Positions 8,020 through 15,133 of a stretch of DNA of 24,000 nucleotides are shown here, in pieces. Source of the stretch: an uncultured Solirubrobacteraceae bacterium. Its GTDB lineage: Bacteria; Actinomycetota; Thermoleophilia; Solirubrobacterales; Solirubrobacteraceae. The stretch is taken from contig CAWBEF010000012.1 in the NCBI GenBank assembly GCA_963787765.1, forward strand, positions 20,939-44,938, written 5' to 3'. The notes under the pieces were generated by a model. That model searched no databases. It saw nothing but the letters and a program-made list of their open reading frames with translations, and was not told the origin of the DNA. Position 1 is the first letter of the stretch. Each line of letters opens with the position of its first letter. A program made the translations under genes and the position numbers.

Positions 8020-8264
8020 TCCGCCCCAGTATGACGCTGGGACCGTGGCCGGACGGGATTCCGTCTAGTCGCGCTGAGCCTGGCGGCGAGGCGGCCGTGA
8101 ACTCCGGCTCGGTTCGCTCCTGCTCCTCAGCGCGCGGAGCCAGAGGACGGCCTGGGCCTCGGTGTGGCGGGCGCGGAGCCGTGTGCGCTCACGCCGAGCT
8201 CGTGGAGCGGGCGTCGTGGCCGGTGCGCCGGAAGTGGGCAGGCGCCCGGTTAGGGCGGGAGCGC

Positions 8265-9275
8265 TCATGCCCGGCCGGCCATTGTCAGCTCGCCGGCGCT
8301 CTCGCCGCGCAGCAGCCGGTAGCCGAGCAGGCCACCGAGGCTGGGGATCCAGAAGGCGACGGCGTGGTAGATCAGGACCCCGGCCGTTGTCTCGAGAGCC
8401 GGGGCGCCGTAGAGGATCAGGACCGCCGCAAGGCCGCCCTCGAGCACGCCGATCGAGCCCGGGACAGGGATCAGGTTGCCCAGGTAGCCGATGATGTAGC
8501 CGAGGATCAGCACCGAGATCGGGGGGCTGAAGTGGACAGCGTGGAGCGCCGCTCCGAGGACGGCAATGTCGAAGCCGAGGTAGCCGATCGCACCGAACAG
8601 GCGCCAGCTCGGGTGACGCAGTGCGCCCAGGGCCTCGCTGACGCCGTCGGCGAGTGCACGCACGGGTGCGCTGGAGGCCAGGCGCCCGCGGGAACGGTGG
8701 GCAAGGCCTGACAGCGCCGCCGCCCCCACGATCACGAGGACACCGCCGCCCGCCGGCAGGGCCCAGGCCAGCGTGCCGCCCGGGCCCGCGGAGACGCCGA
8801 TACCGAGCAGGACCCCCGCGAGGCTCATCGCGCTGACGCTGACGGCGCTCGAGAGGAAGAACAGCCCCCCCGAGCGGCGCACGATCTGCTCGGTCGGGAT
8901 GCCTTCCAGGTGCATCAGCCAGCCGCCGAGCGCGAGCGCGCCTGCGCCGCCGGTCGGCAAGAGAGCCCCGGAGCCCATCTCGGTCCAGGCCAGCTCCCTC
9001 GCCCGTCGCGCGCTCAGCCCATCGAAGAAGTGGCGGAACAGGACGACGAAGCTCGCGCACGAGGCGAGCTCCAGTGCGATGGCGAGCGCCAGCCAGCCGT
9101 CCGAGGCTCCCCGCAGGTCCACGAGCACCTGCCGCAGGCCCGGGACGGCGATCAGGATCGCCACGAGCGCCGCCACGAGGACGGCGCCCGTCCCCAGGCG
9201 ACGCAGGAGCGGGTGGGAGCTCGCGCCTGCCTGGAGGGGCTCAACCCGCCCGGCGCCGGCGGCGACGGCGCTCAT
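8265..9275 (-). CDS. UPF0104 / lysylphosphatidylglycerol-synthase-TM-like (flippase-like) membrane protein
   Basis: Polytopic membrane protein ending with the family-typical NLIPVPGSIGVLEGGLAAVLILYG...VLIYHAVAFWIPSLGG. Its start overlaps the upstream gene stop (ATGA at 9272-9275). Confidence 0.8.
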   Translation of the reverse strand: MSAVAAGAGRVEPLQAGASSHPLLRRLGTGAVLVAALVAILIAVPGLRQVLVDLRGASDGWLALAIALELASCASFVVLFRHFFDGLSARRARELAWTEMGSGALLPTGGAGALALGGWLMHLEGIPTEQIVRRSGGLFFLSSAVSVSAMSLAGVLLGIGVSAGPGGTLAWALPAGGGVLVIVGAAALSGLAHRSRGRLASSAPVRALADGVSEALGALRHPSWRLFGAIGYLGFDIAVLGAALHAVHFSPPISVLILGYIIGYLGNLIPVPGSIGVLEGGLAAVLILYGAPALETTAGVLIYHAVAFWIPSLGGLLGYRLLRGESAGELTMAGRA

Positions 9276-9802
9276 CGCTGTGCCGCCGCGAGGATCCTCG
9301 CGTCAAGCCGGCCATGGCCGATGTGCAGGACGGTCGTCTCGAGGGCGCCGGCGAGGAAGCGCATCCCTGCCCGGTCCAGCTCGGCACGGGCCTCGGCCCG
9401 GATGATGCCGTCATCCTGGCCCGGCTCCGCGGGGAGCAGCACTCCGTGGAAGGAGACTTCCAGGAGCTCGTCTCCCGTGGCCAGCGATCCGGGAATCGTC
9501 AGCCGGCCCTGGCCGTCGGCCAGGATCCGCCGCGAGCGAAACACGAGCCCCGGCCCGGCGGGGTCCTCCTCGCGTGCAGCCGCGGAGATCAGAAAGGCAC
9601 CGGTGCCGTCGTTCACGATGCGTCCGCGCAGGGGCATCTGCTGGAGCGGTTCGAGGTGGGCCAGGCGCCGCACGGCCAGCTCTGCGGTTGAGCCCTCGAG
9701 CAGCGTCCACGAGCCCGGCGCCGTGAGGGCCGGTGCTGCGCTGATCCGCCGGTGTGCTCCGCTCCACCGGCGAGTCTGGTGACTGTGGAGGTCGATCGCC
9801 AT
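9272..9802 (-). CDS. Hypothetical protein, translationally coupled to the flippase-like gene
   Basis: The long ORF has high GC3. The start is taken at ATG 9802 (MAIDLHS...). I recognise no family from the sequence. Confidence 0.6.
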   Translation of the reverse strand: MAIDLHSHQTRRWSGAHRRISAAPALTAPGSWTLLEGSTAELAVRRLAHLEPLQQMPLRGRIVNDGTGAFLISAAAREEDPAGPGLVFRSRRILADGQGRLTIPGSLATGDELLEVSFHGVLLPAEPGQDDGIIRAEARAELDRAGMRFLAGALETTVLHIGHGRLDARILAAAQR

Positions 9803-9824
9803 AGAACGCACCCTAGCGCAATCA

Positions 9825-9838
9825 TTGGTAGTTACCAA
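9825..9838. promoter_or_regulatory. Operator-like palindrome TTGGTA-GT-TACCAA in the MarR divergent intergenic region
   Basis: Perfect 6-bp arms with a 2-bp spacer, in a locally AT-richer region between the 9802 (minus) and 9886 (plus) starts. A weaker inverted repeat, GATAT-N5-ATATC, lies at 9862-9876. Confidence 0.5.
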
Positions 9839-9885
9839 CTACATCGATTGAAGCGAGGATCGATATCTGACATATCATCACCGCC

Positions 9886-10515
9886 GTGACGGCCATCTCC
9901 GATCTCGGCTTGAATGCTGGAGAACAAGAACTCCTCCGGCGGGTGGGCATCCCCTTGCAGATCGTGCGCCTCCTGTCCAGATGCCGCGCAGAGGGCTATG
10001 CTTGGTATATGCCAATGGAAGCCGTGATAGCCAAGGAGCCTGCCAAGCAGGAAGTCATCGGACGCCACATCGGCTTCCTGGTGGCTCAGGTGGGCCGGGC
10101 GGCAACGCGTCGCTACGGGGCTGCCCTCGCTCCCGTCGGCGTCAACCCGCGCCAGACAGCGATCCTCTTCGAGTTGCGTCGCGACGGGGCGATGAGCCAA
10201 CAGGCGCTGAGCGAGGTGCTGGACATCGACCCGAGCAACCTCGTGGGCCTCTTGAACTTCCTCGAGGAGGAGGGGTACCTGCTGCGCCGCCGCGACCCCG
10301 CCGACCGGCGCCGCCACGTCGTCGAAATATCTCAGCGCGGGGTCCGGGTGCTCGGCGAAATCGAGCGGGCGGCCGAGGAGGTCGAGGACGAGTTCTTCGG
10401 CGCCCTGAGCCTCGAGGAGCGAGACCAGCTGCGTGAGCTGTTGCGTCGTGTCGCCAAGACGGACATCGTCTCGCTCGCACGGGGCGAGGACGGAGCCGCT
10501 CCCCAGGGCTGCTGA
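9886..10515 (+). CDS. MarR family transcriptional regulator
   Basis: The winged-HTH core is NPRQTAILFELRRDGAMSQQALSEVLDIDPSNLVGLLNFLEEEGYLLRRRDPADRRRHVVEISQRG. The start is uncertain. GTG 9886 has no SD and the first ~40 codons have lower GC3; ATG 10009 or 10015 are alternatives. Confidence 0.85.
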   Translation: MTAISDLGLNAGEQELLRRVGIPLQIVRLLSRCRAEGYAWYMPMEAVIAKEPAKQEVIGRHIGFLVAQVGRAATRRYGAALAPVGVNPRQTAILFELRRDGAMSQQALSEVLDIDPSNLVGLLNFLEEEGYLLRRRDPADRRRHVVEISQRGVRVLGEIERAAEEVEDEFFGALSLEERDQLRELLRRVAKTDIVSLARGEDGAAPQGC

Positions 10516-10536
10516 GCCCGGCGGAGCTCCAGGACC

Positions 10537-11325
10537 TCAGCTGCCGGCGAGCGCGCCTGCGTACACCTGCCATGCCAGGGCGCTCTTCGCGACCAGGCTG
10601 AGGATCAGGTAGACACGCTCGGCAAAGGCCGGGTCTGCCCAGCGGCCGCGGCCGCGGTAGTGCAGCCACATGTTGACGGCGAAGGTGTTGAACAACAGGA
10701 ACAGCGATACGAAGATCGCGAACACGAAGCCCGGCGCGCCACTGCTGTTCGCCTGCGAGACGCCAAGCTGCAGGCCGATCGCGACCCAGGGGACGGCGCC
10801 CGCGACGCAGCCGTAGATGAACGGCCGCCAGTCGACGGGCTCCCCGGCGCGGTTCGCTCGCTCCATCGCAAGCCCGAACAGGATCATCGCCGTGTTCACG
10901 CCGAACAGCCCCACGAGCGCGACCGCATCGGTCACGCCGGCGAGCATTGCGATGAGGACGACCATGATCGACGCGCTGAGTGAGTACTCCCACCAGCGCG
11001 CGGGGTTGACCCCCCGTGCGACGTTCGCCAGATACCAGGGTCGTATCCGCGGGGTGACGACGCTCAGATGGTCGGCCGCGGCCAGCAGCAGGAACGCGGC
11101 GACCGCGAGGTCGATCCGGAGGTTCAGCAGCCCGACCGGCCCTCCGAAACGATCTGCCCCGGGCGGGCCGGTCAGGTAGCGCACGTTCACCGGCAGCGAG
11201 GCGGCCCTGGCCAGGCCCAGGATCAGTAGCGCCTGTGCCAGGTGCGCGAGTCCCACGATGATGTTCATGCGCACCAGCCGCCCGGCCGCGGGCCCGGCTG
11301 GCTGGGACGGTGCGGGCGCGCTCAT
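10537..11325 (-). CDS. Heliorhodopsin (7-TM retinal-binding protein, HeR family)
   Basis: Similarity runs the full length against the prototype HeR 48C12, recalled from memory. Shared blocks are YLTGPPG, RWWEYSLSASIMVVLIA (Glu113), FGVNTAMILFG, PGFVFAIFVSLFLLFNTFAV and LILSLVAKSALAWQVYAG (Lys247, AAG at 10585-10587). His28 and His86 are conserved. The start is taken at ATG 11325, which gives an N-terminal length matching 48C12. Confidence 0.92.
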   Translation of the reverse strand: MSAPAPSQPAGPAAGRLVRMNIIVGLAHLAQALLILGLARAASLPVNVRYLTGPPGADRFGGPVGLLNLRIDLAVAAFLLLAAADHLSVVTPRIRPWYLANVARGVNPARWWEYSLSASIMVVLIAMLAGVTDAVALVGLFGVNTAMILFGLAMERANRAGEPVDWRPFIYGCVAGAVPWVAIGLQLGVSQANSSGAPGFVFAIFVSLFLLFNTFAVNMWLHYRGRGRWADPAFAERVYLILSLVAKSALAWQVYAGALAGS

Positions 11326-11456
11326 CGATCGAGCATAGTCACGTGTCGGGCGCTCAGGTTCAGCAGTGGTGGCCCGCGATGAGCGCCGCCCCCGCGCAGC
11401 CTGGGATCTGGTTGTAGGGTCGACATACGGCAACCTGAGCTCCAGCGGAGGCACCC

Positions 11457-12968
11457 GTGAGCACCGAGACGGCGCTGCGAACAATCGAACATGACATCGG
11501 CGGCGTCCGCACCGCCGGCGAGTCGACGCGGAGCTCGGTCGTCTGGGACCCCGCCACCGGCGAGCCCCAGGCGCGGGTGCTGCTGGCGGAGGCCCCCGAC
11601 GTCGATCGCGCGGTCAAGGCGGCTCGCGGGGCGCTAGCGGAGTGGGCGAACGCGTCCCTGGCCAGGCGCAGCAGGATCATGTTCCGCTTTCGCGAGCTGC
11701 TCGAGGGAAGCGTCGAGGAGCTCGCGCGGCTGATCGCCGCCGAGCACGGCAAGGTCGTCGAGGACGCCAAGGGGGAGATCGGACGGGGCATTGAGGTCGT
11801 CGAGTTCGTCTGCGGCCTGGCGCAGCTGCTGAAGGGCGAGTACTCCGACGAGGTCTCGACGGGCATCGACGCGCACTCGTTCCGCCAGCCGCTCGGGGTC
11901 TGCGCCGGCATCACGCCGTTCAACTTCCCCGCGATGGTCCCGATGTGGATGCATCCCGTAGCCATCGCGACGGGCAACACGTTCGTCCTGAAGCCATCCG
12001 AGCGCGACCCCTCGGCTTCGAACCTCATCGCCGAGCTCTACCGCGAGGCGGGCCTCCCCGACGGTGTCTTCAACGTCGTCCACGGCGACAGGCTCGCCGT
12101 CGATGCGATCCTCGACCATCCCGGGATCGCGGCGGTCTCCTTCGTCGGCTCGACTCCGATCGCCCGCTACGTCCACGAACGTGCCACGCAGCAGGGCAAG
12201 CGCGTCCAGGCGCTCGGCGGGGCCAAGAACCACGCCGTCGTGATGCCCGACGCGGACCTCGACCATGCAGCCGACCAGCTCACAGCCGCGGGCTTCGGCT
12301 CGGCCGGCCAGCGGTGCATGGCGATCTCGGTCGTGGTCGCGGTGGGGGAGTGCGCCGAGCCGCTGCTTGAGCGCCTCGCCGCCAGGGCGCGAGCGATCAA
12401 GGTCGGTCCCGGCCTCGACCCCGAGTCGGAAATGGGTCCCGTCGTGACACCCGAGGCGCGCGAGCGGATCCTCGGCTACATCGAGCAGGGAGTCAGCGAC
12501 GGCGCCGTCGCGACCGTCGACGGGCGCGAGCTTCAGAACGCGACCGGCGGCTTCTATGTCGGCCCAACGCTCCTCGACCGGGTCACGCAGGAGATGTCCG
12601 TCTACACCGATGAGATCTTTGGCCCGGTGCTGACGGTCATCCGTCTCGACACGCTCGACGCGGCGATCGAGCTGATCAACGCCGGGTCGTTCGCAAACGG
12701 CACTGCGATCTTCACATCGAGCGGCCAGGCCGCCCGCCGCTTCCAGCGCGAGGTGAACGTCGGGATGATCGGCATCAACGTCCCGATCCCCGTGCCGATG
12801 GCCTACTACTCCTTCGGCGGCTGGAAGGACTCCCTGTTCGGCGACCACCACATCCACGGCGCCGAGGGCATCCGCTTCTACACGCGAGCCAAGGCGGTCA
12901 CGACCCGCTGGCCGGCCGACGGCACGGGCGGCGCGAGCCGGGGCCTGAACTTCCCCACCAACTCGTGA
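11457..12968 (+). CDS. mmsA: CoA-acylating methylmalonate-semialdehyde dehydrogenase
   Basis: GTG 11457 lies 5 nt after GGAGG. Aldehyde dehydrogenase superfamily, with MmsA-typical ITPFNFPAMVPMWMHPVAIATGNTFVLKPSERDP, the catalytic Cys region GQRCMA and the C-terminal FYTRAKAVTTRW. Confidence 0.92.
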   Translation: MSTETALRTIEHDIGGVRTAGESTRSSVVWDPATGEPQARVLLAEAPDVDRAVKAARGALAEWANASLARRSRIMFRFRELLEGSVEELARLIAAEHGKVVEDAKGEIGRGIEVVEFVCGLAQLLKGEYSDEVSTGIDAHSFRQPLGVCAGITPFNFPAMVPMWMHPVAIATGNTFVLKPSERDPSASNLIAELYREAGLPDGVFNVVHGDRLAVDAILDHPGIAAVSFVGSTPIARYVHERATQQGKRVQALGGAKNHAVVMPDADLDHAADQLTAAGFGSAGQRCMAISVVVAVGECAEPLLERLAARARAIKVGPGLDPESEMGPVVTPEARERILGYIEQGVSDGAVATVDGRELQNATGGFYVGPTLLDRVTQEMSVYTDEIFGPVLTVIRLDTLDAAIELINAGSFANGTAIFTSSGQAARRFQREVNVGMIGINVPIPVPMAYYSFGGWKDSLFGDHHIHGAEGIRFYTRAKAVTTRWPADGTGGASRGLNFPTNS

Positions 12969-14431
12969 TGTCCTCGCCGGCCGACCACCCGACAACCCGG
13001 ATGCCGGCCTCCTCGGGCCACGCTCCCGGCTCCCCTGTCGCCCATCTGAGCGTCGCCGAGCGGGTCGCCCGCGGCAGGGCGGCGCGCAAGGAGGTTCCGC
13101 GCTCCAGCCACGGCGTGTTCGAGCCGCCGGCCGCGCGTCCAGACCCCGTCACGCTCCTTGAACGACAGGCGAAGACCCGTGTGCCTGAGCTCGTTCCGGT
13201 GCGCAACGGGCGGATGCTCGCCTCGCCGTTCGCCTTCTATCGCGGCGCCGCTTTGATCATGGCCGGCGACCTCGCCCAGACGCCGCGCTCGGGCCTTACG
13301 GTGCAGTGCTGCGGCGATGCGCATCTGTCGAACTTCGGCGTGTTCGCCTCGCCCGAGCGGCGGCTGGTGTTCGACCTCAACGACTTCGACGAGACGCTCG
13401 CCGGGCCGTGGGAGTGGGACGTCAAGCGGCTGGCCGTGAGCATGCTGATCGCCGCGCGGGAGAACGGCTACAAGGCGAAGGACCAGGAGCAGATCGTGAC
13501 CGGGACGGTCGAGGGCTACCGCACGGCGATGGCGGGCTTTGCGGGGATGAAGGACCTCGACGTCTGGTACGCCCACCTGGAAATCGAGGATCTCCTCGGG
13601 GAGATGGGCGGCGAACTGAAGCGGGGGATGGTCCAGCGGACCGAGAAGACGCTCGCCAAGGCACGCACCAGGGACAGCATGTCGGCGTTTTCGAAACTCA
13701 CCCGCGAGGTCGACGGGGAACGGCGGATCGTCGCCGAACCGCCGCTGATCGTGCCGATCGACGACCTGGCGCAGGGCAGAGAACGCGATGAAATGTTTGA
13801 CGGCCTGCACGAGCTGGTCAACCAGTACCGTGCGACGCTCCCCTACGAGCGTCGCATCCTGCTCGAGCGCTTCCGGCTGACCGATCTCGCCCGCAAGGTC
13901 GTCGGCGTGGGGAGCGTGGGGACGCGGGCCTGGATCGCGCTGATGCTCGGCAGGGACAAGCAGGACCCGCTGTTCCTGCAGCTCAAGGAGGCCGAGGCCT
14001 CGGTGCTGGAGGAGTTCCTGGAGCCCAGCGAGTTCGCCAATCACGGCGAGCGGGTCGTCGTCGGCCAGCGGCTGATGCAGGCCAGCAGCGACATCTTCCT
14101 GGGCTGGCTGCATGTCGAGTCGGGTATGGACGGAGGTGAGCGCGACTTCTACGTGCGCCAGCTGCGCGACTGGAAGGGCTCCGCGGAAATCGACCGCATG
14201 ATTCCCGAGGGCATGACGGTTTACGGCCGGCTTTGCGCCTGGACGCTCGCGCGCGCGCATGCCCGCAGCGGCGACCCTGTTGCGATCGCCGCATACCTCG
14301 GTGGCGGGAGCGTCTTCGACCGCGCGATCCTCGAGTTCGCCGACTCCTACGCGGACCAGAACGAGCATGACTACGCGGCATTCGAGCAGGCCGCCGTGTC
14401 GGGTCGCATCAGCGCCGAGAAGGGCGTCTGA
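12965..14431 (+). CDS. DUF2252 domain-containing protein
   Basis: The start (GTGATG at 12965-12970) overlaps the mmsA stop. The family-typical block is RMLASPFAFYRGAALIMAGDLA...CGDAHLSNFGVFASPERRLVFDLNDFDET. Confidence 0.88.
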   Translation: MMSSPADHPTTRMPASSGHAPGSPVAHLSVAERVARGRAARKEVPRSSHGVFEPPAARPDPVTLLERQAKTRVPELVPVRNGRMLASPFAFYRGAALIMAGDLAQTPRSGLTVQCCGDAHLSNFGVFASPERRLVFDLNDFDETLAGPWEWDVKRLAVSMLIAARENGYKAKDQEQIVTGTVEGYRTAMAGFAGMKDLDVWYAHLEIEDLLGEMGGELKRGMVQRTEKTLAKARTRDSMSAFSKLTREVDGERRIVAEPPLIVPIDDLAQGRERDEMFDGLHELVNQYRATLPYERRILLERFRLTDLARKVVGVGSVGTRAWIALMLGRDKQDPLFLQLKEAEASVLEEFLEPSEFANHGERVVVGQRLMQASSDIFLGWLHVESGMDGGERDFYVRQLRDWKGSAEIDRMIPEGMTVYGRLCAWTLARAHARSGDPVAIAAYLGGGSVFDRAILEFADSYADQNEHDYAAFEQAAVSGRISAEKGV

Positions 14432-14440
14432 GCCCCCGCA

Positions 14441-15133
14441 TCACGACTGGCGGGCGGAGTAGGCCCGGATCGCCTCCAGGCGCCGGTCGGCCGTGACGAG
14501 GCTCTTGACGGTCTCGCCCCGCAGCCCGTCGAGATGGGTTGCCAGCACGATGAACAGCTCGGCGGTCGTAAGCGCGTCGCCGAGTGCGTCGTGGGGCCGG
14601 TGGGAGGGGATGCCGAGCTCGGCGGCCAGCTCGGAGAGCATCATCCGCCTCGGCTGGACACCGTCGCGTTCGTGCAGCCAGATCGCGCCGAGGACGCTGG
14701 TGTCGACCATCGGGCGGCGCAGGCGCAGGCCCTGACCGCGCAGCGCCCGTCCGAGGAAGCGCCGCTCGACCTCGGCGAAGTGGACGATCGGGATCCGCCC
14801 TGCCATGCAGCCCAGCAGCGGGTCGATCGCCACGTCCAGCTCGGGCGCGTGCTCGAGATCGACGTGGCGCAGGCCATGGACCTTGATCGAAGCCTCTCCC
14901 AGCGCGCCGTCGGGACGGACCATCCCTGCGAGGGCCCTGCCGGGCAGCGCCCTGGCGTCCTCGACGGGCACTGCACCGAAGGCGATGATCTCGTCGCGCC
15001 GGGGATCCAGTCCCGTCAGCTCGAGGTCGACGGCGCACCAGCGCGCCTCGCGCCAGGGCATCCGCCCGGAGGGGGGGCGCTCGAGCGCATAGGCGCTCGC
15101 CCCAGGGCGGCGCTCGCCGGCGCTCCGCGTCAT
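14441..15133 (-). CDS. DnaQ-like (DEDDh) 3'-5' exonuclease
   Basis: ExoI is VDLELTGLDP, the ExoII-like motif is VHFAEVERRFL and ExoIII is HDALGDALTTAELF. Its ATG overlaps the stop of the upstream DUF294 gene (ATGA at 15130-15133). Confidence 0.85.
   Translation of the reverse strand: MTRSAGERRPGASAYALERPPSGRMPWREARWCAVDLELTGLDPRRDEIIAFGAVPVEDARALPGRALAGMVRPDGALGEASIKVHGLRHVDLEHAPELDVAIDPLLGCMAGRIPIVHFAEVERRFLGRALRGQGLRLRRPMVDTSVLGAIWLHERDGVQPRRMMLSELAAELGIPSHRPHDALGDALTTAELFIVLATHLDGLRGETVKSLVTADRRLEAIRAYSARQS

Noticed and set aside
11420-11425. Minus-strand TGTCGA upstream of the heliorhodopsin gene, considered as an ECF42-dependent promoter that would link the sigma factor to HeR.
   Set aside because: At 16-18 nt downstream the minus strand reads CAGG/AGGC/GGCT, with no CGA/TC-type -10 element, so the hexamer alone is not evidence.
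10537-11484. The 53-codon N-terminal extension of the heliorhodopsin ORF (MFAAPSRCSRVPP...), and likewise the 42-codon extension of the YciI ORF (3794-3919).
   Set aside because: The extensions are not part of the conserved families, run through promoter/intergenic sequence, and overlap the divergent mmsA start in the HeR case. Internal ATGs give N-termini of the expected length.
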